Positions 12,026 through 24,740 are shown, counted from the first letter of the stretch. The stretch: 64,000 bases of DNA from Octopus vulgaris (GCA_951406725.2 OX597817.1:162502001-162566000); one strand, 5' to 3'. Notes: a model not told the origin generated them from the letters alone. Numbers and translations: made by a program.

Positions 12026-12981
12026 TATGTCGTGGAGTACAATGCATGGTACTGGAATTGCGGCTGCTGTTGCAATGATGAAAATAGATCGGGAACTTGT
12101 TGGTACAGCGGGCTGAGGTGTTTTTCTTTTTGTTAATGTTTAGTTCAAGTCTGACCCAGCAAAGCTATTAATAAAGGCATTTTAGCCATAACCACCTAGT
12201 TTTTTTCTGACACAGTGTAACACAGGTAACGCGCTTCGCTTTTTTTTTTTTATAAATGAAGTATTAACTTCTATTTCTAGCAGGTCGTGTGCGAACACGT
12301 GTAGGTTCATAATGGTGTTTAGTCCCAGGCCGGTCCTGATCCAGCAGACTTGTTGATCAATGACATTTCATCAGAAGCTATGTAGAAGATTATGTAGCTA
12401 AGGGCTACATAATCTAATAAGTCCCCCTTTCTACTAAGAGTAGAATTTAATTTGAGTGAGATGTAGTTATTATTTCCAGAGGGTCGAGCGTCCACATTGA
12501 CTCTAGTTTTTATTAGTGATTACATAACAAAGAAAAGATGAAGGAGCAGTTTAAATTAAATGGATGCAACCATTTAGAGTGGCCACTTCGTGATCGGTCG
12601 GCCTGAGAGAAATAGCACACAAATTTCCTTCAAACATTCTCGAAGGGTACATTTCAAAATAATAGTCCAGGATGATAAACTAACTGGCCATAGCTAGAAT
12701 GCCTCTATTCAAAGCCTACTCAATGTTAAATAAAAACAAACTTTCTCTTTTCTAATTTTCTTTTTGTTAGTTTTTGTAAAACTCTTTCTTCCTCTCCCCC
12801 ACTCCCCCTCTCTCTCTCTCGCTCTCTCTCACACACACACACTGATGTATATATATAAACGGAGATTATTTGCTAAGACAAGCGAATCTCTGATTTAGAA
12901 AAAGGGGTATTAATTTGTAGTTGTATGTACAAGTTGTATCTACATATGATACCGGAGACGAGAAGGTTATACAAAGCTGTT

Positions 12982-13007
12982 GTGTGTGTGTGTGTGTGTG
13001 TGTGTAA

Positions 13008-13102
<95 letters not shown>

Positions 13103-13124
13103 CAGGCAGATAGATAGATAGATG

Positions 13125-13189
<65 letters not shown>

Positions 13190-13218
13190 TTGAGATAGAT
13201 AGATAAATAGATAGATAT

Positions 13219-13302
<84 letters not shown>

Positions 13303-13320
13303 GCAGATAGATAGATAGAT
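12982..13320. repeat. compound microsatellite (TG)n(GACA)n(GATA)n
   Basis: Directly visible. Confidence 0.98.
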
Positions 13321-13532
13321 TTCTTTATTAGCCACACAAGGCTTGTCACAGACGGGACAAATTACAAAGTAGAGCTTTTCTTTTTGGGGAGAAATATAAA
13401 GTGGGGTAGGTTTTCGATCAAAAGGGATCGTAGAAAGGAAAAAAAAAAAGAAAAGAAAAAAAACGATTAATAGGGATCGAGTATCACAGAAATGTCGATG
13501 TAAAGTGTAAAGGGGGAAGCAGATAAGGTTTA
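13321..13532 (-). mobile_element. probable 3' UTR fragment of a Tx1/L1-type LINE
   Basis: Ends CCTTGTGTGGCTAATAAAGAA directly before (ATCT)n; similar ends at ~19300-19340 and ~20820-20885. Confidence 0.5.
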
Positions 13533-15238
13533 CAGCCACGTAGCCAGCCGATTGCAACTGGGGGTGCTGAACAGGGGTACGGACAAAAGCTCCTACTTAA
13601 AGTGTGAAAGTGGACAAAAGCCCCATGCAAATTTTTTTCGATTATTTTTTTCGTTTATTTTTTTTTTTTTCACATTTCTTGACTTCTAACCTGGTCAAAA
13701 CTTCTGATATATTTTGTTTTTATTTTCATTTTACTTGTTGCAATCATTAAACTGAGGCCATGCTGGGGCATCACCTCGAAGAATTTTCAGTCGAATGTAT
13801 CGACTCCAATATTTTAAAAAATGATTTTCAACAAGCACATAGTTAAGCCTAAAAGGTCTTTCTACATGCTAGAGATAACAGCCAAATCTTTAAACATTAT
13901 TCTTGTATAATTTCAAATAAACATCGACCACGAGGCTGACAGTGTGTCTTCTCAACAATTCGATGATTTCGTTTTGCATTGTTGCTGAGGTGTAGGTCGC
14001 ATTTTTTTAACATTCCATTAGCTTTGAGTCTTTCTCTAATGTGTACTGGAATGATTTCATAAAAAGACCACAAGGCTACGTATCATCTTCCGAATAAAGA
14101 TCCTGAAAAGCTTCATTTTCGTTTCCTCGAAAAGGCGATTCGTTTGCACAAAGAAAATGAACAATATCAACAACGGAACTGATATAATAACGGTTTTTGC
14201 TCAACTGATTATTTTGCAAGATTGAAGACACGGATGTTGTGGATAAACGCCGTTGGCGCTTCTTCCATGTTACCATAGCTTGGATATGAGATGCAGAGTT
14301 TGCGTGCTTATTTAAACCTTTGTTTTTTTTTTCTTTTACATGATGCCAATTAGAATATCCATTTTTAATAAAACAAGTATCAGCTTGAGCAGACGTATTA
14401 AAGTGCCGACAAGCAAAACAAAACAAGGCTATCTTTGAAAGAGAATACTCTAACCATAAATGACCAGTATACCAGCTTGATTAGAAGCCACGTCTCTGAT
14501 TTCCATAAATTTTTAGATCAAACTTTGCTAGAACTAGCGACACTGGTTGGCAGTCGACCTGTCCTAGATCATCCAATGAGGGTGTCAAAGACTTTGCAAG
14601 ACCTCCCTTGAGCTGCGAAACTTCGTTTGCAATTCTTTTCTGTACCTCTGAAAAACCTAAACCTTGTGTATAATAACGCACCCCTTCTCTAACTTGAGTC
14701 AAGGAGGTCTATAAAACGTCCTTGGCTTGTAAAAATGTATACGGTAACGTCCTTTATTATTATTGTACATATAACAGAATGCAAACGTGTAGCTTTTTTG
14801 TGCATTTTGTTTGCAGAAAATAAAAAAATAACAGGAATAAAAGTAATAACATTTAATAAATGCTGCTTACTGCAAGTTACGGATGACTCTTTTATGACTT
14901 CATTGCTTTCAGGCTTAGCTTAAGGTATTTTCGCGCCCGACATCACAAAATGCGTCTGAATAAACATTGCCGGACAGCAAATATAGACTCGGGCATTGCT
15001 TAGAAAATAATTTTCATTTTTAACCTCGTATATAGTACGCACTAGGGATTTTGACCATTAAATTTTGGGGAAAAAAATGCGGATTATACTCGAGGATTTA
15101 CGGTAAATCAAAAGAAATTCAATTTATTGCATCTTTAGCGACTTCAGATATTGGCGACAAATTCTCATACGGGGGGGGGCTGAGATTCTACCTGGGGGTG
15201 CTGAGTACCTATAGCCCCCCCCCGTAGCTACGTGCCTG
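13533..15238 (-). mobile_element. deleted hAT element with ZMYM1/DUF4371-like transposase relic (~13920-14520)
   Basis: TIR CAG(C/G)CACGTAGC at both ends; minus-strand WLEYS..FCFACRHF..GYSNW..KHANSASH (TTF-type zinc finger), PFRG and TYTS..QNEII motifs, with stops. Confidence 0.85.
14641..15103. mobile_element. pogo/Tigger-like MITE, one end missing, nested in the hAT relic
   Basis: Highly similar to 54147-54659; ends CTCGAGGATTTACGG|TA. Confidence 0.85.
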
Positions 15239-15309
15239 GATAGATAGTTAGATAGATAGATAGATAGATTAAACTTTCACTGACGATACATTTTCAAAAA
15301 TTAACTTAG

Positions 15310-15549
<240 letters not shown>

Positions 15550-16342
15550 GGGATCTTTTCCTTTTGAACGGTACTTTGTAACATAATTTCTAGGTAACTA
15601 AAAAGTTTTAAACTTCGTATACTGGTAGAATGTGTTTATAAAACATCATTTTCTCTTGGCTTTATTGAGAAAATTCTATTGGTTGTAAGATATTTCGTCT
15701 TTAATTTCGAGCATTTCGGCAATTTTAACCAATCGCTACGTCCATTTAGATAAATAACATTCTGTGCATAATGAATATGTCCCTCATTTAAGAAACAGAT
15801 TGGGTTTATTTACATTTGTGAAGAAAAAAGATAACCTTCCCCCACCCCAACCCTAAATCTAAAACAGATTGAAATGCAATAGATCGATACTAGGGCCATA
15901 ATTATAGGTGACATTTTCATTTGACACCGCTAGAAAAAAATCCCATTTTCCGTAGCGGTGTCGTATGAAATTTTCACCCATAATTATAACCCTAGTATCG
16001 ATCTATTGTATTTCAATCTATTTTAGATTTAGGGTTAGGGTTAGGGGTGGGGGAAGGTTATCTTTTTTCTTCACAAATGTAAATAAACCCAATCTGTTTC
16101 TTAAACGAGGGACATATTCATTATGCACAGAATGTTATTTATCTAAATGGACGTCAGCGATTGGTTAAAATTGCCGAAATGCTCGAAATTAAAGACGAAA
16201 TATGTTACAACATATAGAATTTTCTCAATAGGGCCAAGAAAAATGATGTTTTATAAACACATTCTACCAGTATACGAAGTTTAAAAGTGTTTAGTTAACT
16301 AGTAATTGTGTTGAAAAGTGCCTTTCAAAAGGAAAAGATCCC
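15550..16342. mobile_element. ~790-bp fold-back Merlin-type MITE with TTAGGG units
   Basis: ~385-bp inverted arms around a ~20-nt spacer, GGATCTTTTC termini shared with 18529-19290; no TSD seen. Confidence 0.85.
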
Positions 16343-16391
16343 TTGGCTTTATTGAGAAAATTCTATGCACAGAATTATATATAGAGAGAAA

Positions 16392-16770
16392 TCTCTCTAT
16401 ATATAAAGCTGAAGTTGTCTGTGTATGGCAGGTTTGGTAGCCTTCAACTAACATTATCTCCTCCGAGACCCTGCGGCGCAAGTTGACCAAAATTGAGAAT
16501 ATGATAGAAGAAGGCTTACTCTTCCTTCCGTGGAAGAAAAATTTTAAATCGGACCATGTTACCACAAAAATTTTTTTACATCCAAAAGGTGCTTTTTTTC
16601 TATGAAAATACTTATTTTTTTACGATTTTTTGACTGCTGTGTCGCCATTTTTCGGTGTATTTCAACCAGAAAAATGTTCACTTGGAGAGAATAACAAGCT
16701 ACATAATGCAAAATTTTTACTTTTCAAAAATTCCAATTCTAAAGGGTCGAAACAAACCTGAGCAACGCCG
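16392..16770 (+). mobile_element. non-autonomous Helitron, 3' end clipped
   Basis: Same family as 41631-42081 and 61619-62011. Confidence 0.8.
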
Positions 16771-17027
16771 ATCCTGAGATTATTATTATCATTAGGCAGA
16801 ATCGTTAGCACACCGGACAAAATGCTTAGCGGCATTTCGACCGTCTTCATATTCTGAGTTCAAATTCTGCCGAGGTCGCCTTTGTCTTTTATTCTTTCAG
16901 GGTCGATAAAATAAATACCAGTTGAGTGCTGGAGTCGCCGTAATCGACTTATCCCCCCACCAAATGCTGGCCTTGTGCCAAAATTTGAACTAACATTAAT
17001 TATTAGTATTATTAATATTACGAAAAA

Positions 17028-18200
17028 GGCGGCGAGCTGGCAGAACCGTTAGCACGCCGGGCGAAATGCGTAGCCGTATTTCGTCTGCCGCTACGTTCTG
17101 AGTTCAAATTCCGCCGAGGTCGACTTTGCCTTTCATCCTTTCGGGGTCGATAAATTAAGTACCAGTTACGAACTGGGGTCGATGTAATCGACTTAATCCG
17201 TCTGTCTGTCCTTGTTTGTTCCCTCTGTGTTTAGCCCCTTGTGGGTAATAAAGAAATAGGTATTTCGTCTGCCGCTACGTTCCGAGTTCAAATTCCGCCG
17301 AGGTCGACTTTGCCTTTCATCCTTTCGGGGTCGATAAATTAAGTACCAGTTACGAACTGGGGTCGATGTAATCGACTTAATCCGTCTGTCTGTCCTTGTT
17401 TGTTCCCTCTGTGTTTAGCCCCTTGTGGGTAATAAAGAAATAGGTATTTCGTCTGCCGCTACGTTCCGAGTTCAAATTCCGCCGAGGTCGACTTTACCTT
17501 TCATCCTTTCGGGGTCGATTAAATAAGTACCAGTTACGCACTGGGGCCGATATAATCGACTTAATCCGTTTGTCTGTCCTTGTTTGCCCTCTCTGTGTTT
17601 ATCCCCTTGTGGATAGTAAAGAAATAGGTATTTCGTCTGCCGCTACGTTCTGAGTTCAAATTCCGCCGAGGTCGACTTTGCCTTTCATCCTTTCGGGGTC
17701 GATAAATTAAGTACCAGTTGAGTACTGGGATCGATGTAATCGACTATCCCCCTCCCCCCAATTTCGGGCCTTGTGCCTATAGTAAAAAGGATTATGAAAA
17801 AGGCGGCGAGCTGGCAGAAACGTTAGCACGCCGGTCGAAATGCTTAGCGGCATTTCGTCTGCCGTTACGTTCTGAGTTCAAATTCCACCGAGGTCGACTT
17901 TGCCTTTCATTCTTTCGGGGTCGATAAATTAAGTACCAGTTACGCACTGGAGTCGATGCAATCGACTTAATCCGTTTATCTGTCCTTGTTTATCCTCTCT
18001 GTGTTCAGCCCCTTGTGGGTAGTAAAGAAATAGGTATGTCTTCCATCTTTACGTTCTGAATTCAATTTCAGCCGATGTCGACTTTGCCTTTTATCTTTTG
18101 GGGGTCGATTAATTAAGTACCAATGAAACACTGGGGTCGATGTAATCGACTAGTTCCTCCCTCATCCAAATTTCAGTCCTTGTGCTTATAGTAAGAAAGG
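17028..18200 (+). mobile_element. multimeric SINE family A array (184-bp period)
   Basis: Head at 17028, body units at 17077, 17261, 17445, 17629; second head at 17802. Confidence 0.92.
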
Positions 18201-18528
18201 GTTATTATTAACGTGAGTTTTTTCTTCTTTCAATTCCTTTACTATTTCTTGCCGATTATCATTCCCGAGCGTGTAGGCCCACTCTACGTTGGCGCCTAGA
18301 GGAGTATAAAGGAGAGAGAAGCACTTGACATGGTATTCTTGGTGAGTAGGGTGGCTCGGGAACTGTGAGATTCCTTGGTTGCCCCTGGGTGGCCTTCCCC
18401 CCTCCCATTGAGTAAGTTGTTCGTTAGAATTTTTTTTGATGGGGGTAATTATCGTTTTCCTTTTTCTTTTTTTTCATTGTTTCGTGTTTCTTAGTAAATA
18501 CTCAGTCTTTTGTCTTTGTACTTGTCCT

Positions 18529-19290
18529 GGATCTTTTCGGTTTGAACGGCAGTTTTTTAAAATAATTTCTATGTAACTAAAATATTTTAAACTTCGTATA
18601 CTGGTAGAATGTGTTTATAAAACTTCTTGGCTTTCTTGAGAAAATTCTATAGTTTGTAAAATATTTGGTCTTTAATTTCTTGCATTTCGGCAATTTCAAC
18701 CAATCAATGACGTCTATTCAGGTGAAAACGATTTCTGCCGTAATATTTTATGGCGGCGTCATATGAAAATGTCCCTGTTTTTTATGAGAAAAAAAGATAC
18801 CTTGTGGCCATAAACTGAGGGGTCACTCGTAAACAGAGCTGTATAACAAAACCGTTCCCTCTTTAATGTCCACCCATAATTTTGACCCTAGTATCGATCT
18901 ATTGCATTTCAATCTGTTATGGTCAGGGTTAGGGGTTGAGTTAGGGTTAGGGTTAAGGTTAGGGTTAGGGGTGGGGGGAAGGGTATCTTTTTTTCTTCAG
19001 AAATGTAAATAAACCCAATCTGTTTCTTAAACGAGGGACATTTTCATATTTCACCGCCAGAAAATTTTACGGCAGATAATATTTTCACCTCTATAGACGT
19101 CATTCATTGGTTGAAATTGCCAAAATTGAAGAAAATATCTTACAAATATCTTACGAACTACAGAATTTTCTCAAGAAAGCCAAGAGAAAAAGATGTTTTA
19201 TAAACACATTCTACCAGTATACGAAGTTTAAAAGTGTTTAGTTACATAGAAATTATTTTTAAAAAACTGCCGTTCAAACCGAAAAGATCC
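18529..19290. mobile_element. Merlin-type MITE carrying a degenerate (TTAGGG)n tract
   Basis: ~250-bp TIRs, GG..CC ends, perfect 8-bp TSD CTTGTCCT (18521-18528, 19291-19298); telomeric tract ~18921-18980. Confidence 0.92.
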
Positions 19291-19759
19291 CTTGTCCTAA
19301 ATGTTTTCACGGCCATTGTAGTCAATAAAGAACGAATTCTTCTTATTCTTATCATCATCGCCATTGTCATTCATTGTCGTCTGATCATTGCTGTTGTTAC
19401 TGTTGCTGTTGTTGTTCCGTAACTTTGTGCTTGCCACCATGCCAAACACTACTGTCGCTTCACTAAGTTCAATGTCTAGTCAGCCGCGCCAAATCGCCAG
19501 CGTCCAAACAGCTGGGGCCCAGTCCTCTCATTCCGTAGTACTGAAACTGGATAAGTCAACTAATTTCGATATTTTTACTTATTATTTTTATTTTATATTT
19601 ATATATTTTATTTTTATTTCATTTCATTTTTATCTTATCTTTACTTTATTTACTTTATTTCATATATAAATCAGTTTATAAAGAAGTAAATTGGAAAAGA
19701 ACATATATACCAGTAAATATGGATATTGACGTACATTTTGACATACATACTTGTTGCGT

Positions 19760-19839
19760 GTGCATGTGTGTGTTTGTGTGTATATATGTGTATGTGTTAC
19801 GTATGTATTTATGTATGTATGCATGCATATATGTATGTA

Positions 19840-19870
<31 letters not shown>

Positions 19871-20059
19871 ATATATATACATATATATATATATATATAC
19901 ATACATATATATGTGTATGTGTTACGTATGTATTTATGTATGTATGTATGTATGCATATATGTATGCATATATGTATGTATATATGTATGCATATATGTA
20001 TGTATATATATATACACACACACACATATCTACTTGTAAGCATGTACGTAGGAGCATAT

Positions 20060-20123
<64 letters not shown>
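19760..20123. repeat. compound microsatellite (TATG)/(AAAT)/(TA)/(CA)
   Basis: Directly visible. Confidence 0.95.
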
Positions 20124-20125
<2 letters not shown>

Positions 20126-20272
20126 AGACAAACATAGGTATAAATTTTGTTTCACTTTAACTTTATTTTATTTCATGAAGAGAATTTTTATTTTCCTTTA
20201 CTTTCTTTTATTCATTACATTACTTTACTCATATATAATATAACCCATCATACATGATTGTTACTGGATGGA

Positions 20273-20644
20273 TGGAAGCACTCCGTCGGTTACGACGACG
20301 AGGGTTCCGGTTGATCCGAATCAACGGAACAGCCTGCTCGTGAAATTAACGTGTAAGTGGCTGAACATTCCACAGATACGTGCACCCTTAACGTAGTTCT
20401 CGGGGATATTCAGCGTGACATAGAGAGTGACAAGGCCGGCCCTTTGAAATACAGGTACAACAGAAACAGGAAGTAAGAGTGAGAGAAAGTTGTGGTGAAA
20501 GAGTACAGCAGGGATCACCATCAACCCCTGCCGGAGCCTCATGGAGCTTTTAGGTGTTTTCGCTCAATAAACACTTACAACGCCCGGTCTGGGAATCGAA
20601 ACCGCGAGTCCGTTGCCCTAACCACTGGGCCATTGCGCCTCCAC
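20273..20644 (-). mobile_element. SINE family C
   Basis: TSD ACATGATTGTTACT. Confidence 0.9.
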
Positions 20645-20987
20645 ATGATTGTTACTATTATTGACCAGGCTCCCATGGCATTTATGCGTTTTTCCATGAG
20701 TAACCCTTTCGAAGCGCCTCCCCCTATTGGGAGTTTTAATTATTACTTATTTTTCGTTGTCATCCTGCTTTTGTACATGGACTTTTTTCAAACGGACAAA
20801 ACCCTTTGTAACTTTCGTCCTGTGTTTTGTCCCTTTATGTTTTAATTGATTTTTGTTAGCCCTTGTGGCCAATAAACGAACGAACTATTATTATTATTGA
20901 ATTGAAATGAAAGGAATAATTTTAACGAATGCTTACACACACGCGCGCGCGTATACATACGCGCATAGTAAGCATGTTTATATATTT

Positions 20988-21334
20988 GGCAATCTTACGG
21001 TTCTAGTATACTTTACGTCAACTGACCATGTGTATTTGTTTATATATGATCGTCGATATCCGTAAAAAACTTTTATTTTTTTACATTTATTTTTTTTACA
21101 TATGGGCTTGGGGGGAAATGGGATCTTTGGGGTTAGGGTTAGGGTCCTAACCGTAACCCTAACCCCAAACCCAAACCCTAACCCTAACCCTAACCCAAAG
21201 ATCCCATTTCCCCCAACCCCATATGTAAAAAAATAAATGTAAAAAATAAAAGTTTTATACGGATATCGACGATCATATATAAACAAATACACATGGTCAG
21301 TTGACGTAAAATATACTAGAACCGTAAGATTGCC
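20988..21334. mobile_element. palindromic Merlin-type MITE with central head-to-head TTAGGG/CCCTAA repeats
   Basis: ~155-bp inverted arms related to the 6605-7035 TIRs; only ATATTT duplicated in the flanks. Confidence 0.85.
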
Positions 21335-21998
21335 GATATTTAAGCCAGTGTTTATTCAAAGCAATGAATAGATTTTGACGAAACCATGGTATGCTTTGCT
21401 TTCTGAATTTTTAATCATCTCATAATAATGACTTTTATGACTTTTATTACTACCTCAGTCCATCTAAATGTATATATCTGTCGTTACCTTTCATAAAAAG
21501 CCTTTTCTTTCTTTATTTACAATGTGCATTTTCGTTGATTTTTCTTATTTTCCCCATTATATTTTTATATATGTTTTGTAATTTTAATCTTACTTGAGAA
21601 ATGAAACAATTGTTGGTTAATATGTTACTTAATTAATAAATTAATTTGTATCCATTACATTTCTCTGTTTTCTAACTCAATATAAATGTTTGATATCTTA
21701 CAATATTCTATATAATATATTCATTGAAGAATTTTTTCTTCAAAGTTTAATATATTAAGCCAGTGTATCTTAGATAAATATCCTTATAAGGTGTTTGAAT
21801 ATCCTCATTGTGATATATATACATGAGTTACAAGAAATGTTATATGTGGGGCTATATCTGTAGTAAATAGGAATAAGCGGTCTATGGCTGCTATTTCTAA
21901 ATTTTCGCTATGTGGTTAAGCAACTTGTTGCTTAATCCTAATTATATATACATATAAAAAAACTTTATATATATGTATGTGTGTGTGTGTGTGTGTGT

Positions 21999-22030
<32 letters not shown>

Positions 22031-22862
22031 ATACGATAGGCTTCTTTCAGTTGCCATCTACTCACAAAACTTTAGCCGGCCCGAGGCTATAGTAGAAGAC
22101 ACTTGCCCAAGGTGCCACGTTGTGGAACTGAACCCAAACCTTTGTGATTGGGAAGCAAGCTTCTTACCACACAATCACTCCTGCACCTATTTATATATAA
22201 TATAACAGTCAATGACTTTTATTTAGGGCGCCAGTGATTGTAAGAAGAGAAGTTAAAATGTGTTATGGTTGAATAAGTATTTGGTTAGTGGTGCGGAAAA
22301 CCAATTGGAATATATAGAAGATATTATAAAGACGGTGCTCGAGCATGTCTGCAATCCGGGCGATACTGCTAGTAAAAGATGAAGATATACCAACTGACGA
22401 TTTGATGTAGAAACTAGTGGATAAAGAACTTAGTAGATAAGTCTGTGTAACATATTTGAGGTTCGTTAGTTCTCACATATATCATTAAAACTATTGTTTA
22501 GTGTAAATATGTACATGGAATATATCGTAGAGTGTTTCTTTTCCTTTTTTCGCTTTGCAGGTCGAGCAATGAGTTTTTGAATTGGTGTGTTTTTCCCTCT
22601 TCCTTTTCCTCCCTGAAGGTGAATTAATAATTAACTTTTAGTGAGCAAAGTGAATAATTGATAGGGAAGTGATTTGGCGATATTCATTTTGAAGTCGTTG
22701 TGAGACACAAGTGTTCTTGTATGCATGCATGTACGCATTCATAGAAATCTATACAGAGGTATGTAAACTAACAACAGAGGCGAAAGGAATAAATATACAG
22801 TTGACATATATATATATATATATAATAACGATGTTCTTGAAGAGCATTTCAAATACAATGTA

Positions 22863-23427
22863 TTGGGTTGTCCGGAAAGTTCGTGTCGATTTTTGAAGGA
22901 AAGAAAAAGGTCACTAAATAGTTGCTGTTACATTTTTAATCAACCAAATATGAACCATTTTGTTGCACAATGCATCTCCATCTTTCCTTTAACTTGAAAA
23001 TGCCCTCTTTCCAGAACTGAAGTGGTTTCATGGCAAAGAATTTATCAAGGTATCTTTTTACGTCATCCAAGGAATTGTTATTTTTACTATTAAGACTATT
23101 CTGCAGAGACCTGAATAAGTGGAAATCCGAAGGAGCAATATCTGGTGAATATGGAAGGTGAGGTAACACACCCCAGCCGAGCTGCAGCAATTTTTGTCTG
23201 GTTCCCAAAGCATCAAGTGCCGAAAATGAACTTTCTTATCTTCCATTTTAAAGGGTTACAGAATTAACACAGGTTATAGGAATATAAACCTGCTTCCACG
23301 AAAAGATAGCTTAAACTGTGCTCTAAATGGAGGCGCAATCAAATCCTATTTTATGGACTCAACTACGTTCTAAAATAAGTCGAAAGGTAAGCTACTATAA
23401 ATCGGCACGAACTTTCCGGACAACCAA
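22863..23427 (-). mobile_element. internally deleted mariner (DD34D type) element
   Basis: TIR TTGGGTTGTCCGGAAAGTTCGTG, TA TSD; N-terminal MEDKKVHFRHLML joined out of frame to PYSPDIAPSDFHLFRSLQN C-terminus. Confidence 0.95.
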
Positions 23428-24740
23428 TATAACGTTCTATATCAAATCGTCAGTTGGTATATCTTTATCTTATATCTTTTATCTTTTACTTGTCTCAGTC
23501 ATTAGATTGCAGCTACGCTCGGTCACCGTCTTCATATATCTATGTATTTCACATGGTTTTCCGCACCACTAACCAAATACTTATTCAAACATTACGAATT
23601 TTCACTTCTCTTCTTACAACCACTGGCGCCCTAAATAAAGGTCATTGTGCATTTTGTTGGTGAAAATACGACTGCAAAACCACTACTACTATTACTACTA
23701 ATTGTAGTAGTCTTTTCTATTATACGCACGAGGCCTGCAATTGAATCCCGTTTCATTCCCAAAAATGAGCCCCCTTTAATTTTGCTCAGATTGGTTTCAA
23801 CTTAGGTGTGTCGATGCAACTCTGAATATTGATTGTGATCAACTAATTACTTTATCCCGTAAATTAAAGAATCTGATGTTATTTGGAATTAAAGTAGGGA
23901 AATTTGGGTAATTTTAGCTAATCAATAGATAGCGTGGCATTAGCAGCTTGTTAATATGACAATCGCACGCTGTGTTGAGCTTCACTTTACCCGTGTCTGT
24001 TCTGACGCGAATTTTTTTTCCCACGAGAGTTCCGGACCCTAGTAATGAACTCATTTGCATACAGCCAATCAAAGCAGAGCCACCTGTATCCTTTCTTCTT
24101 TTCGAGTCAGCACCGTGGATTCCTTACTCTTTCCCTCTCTACTGACAGACAGTAACTTCTCCGTCCTCTAACTACCTGTCGGGCAAACGAATAAATATAG
24201 GTAAATAATATTTCTTCCTTCTTGGTGTTGATCCTTCGATGTTCACTGCTTACTCTGACGTTGGCACAATAATACACTTGCCCAAACTGAATTGCTGGAG
24301 TTATTTCATTTTTTTTTTTTTGTCCAGATAAAATGTTTTTAAAAAGTTATAGAGGTTTAAAGTTCGATCATTGTCACCCAGTCAGGAAACGAGATTTGGA
24401 AGGTGTCATTTTGTGCGTGACTGCACATTTTGTCGTCAACATCCAGAAAATAATTACATTTTTTACATTTTCCGCGAAGTTTTCACGGGTCCAGCTAGTT
24501 ATGATAAATAGATGTATAATTTACTACTAATAATACAATGGTACTCAGCGAAATTTTTTAATACTCACACATTTTCGTGACTTTCTTTTTTATCTTTTCT
24601 GTTTGGTTGCCAGCGTCAATTTTCTGCTCGAATTTATTTCATATTGACTAATTAAGGAAGTGGAAGTAATTTTCGCTATAACTTTAATTACAAATAAAGA
24701 GTTATTTGTAATTAAAGTTTTAAAATTTTGGTAATTTTAG

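Noticed and set aside
12873-13557. Long ORFs of YLSI, MYVC and HTHT type (also 19660-20137, 32116-32657, 57648-58353)
   Set aside because: Stop-free translations of di- and tetranucleotide microsatellites.
14076-14426. ZMYM1-like host gene
   Set aside because: Lies between hAT TIRs, truncated, with flanking stops.
21130-21197. Genuine telomere or ancestral chromosome fusion
   Set aside because: Tract is short and embedded in MITE arms related to another element in the window.
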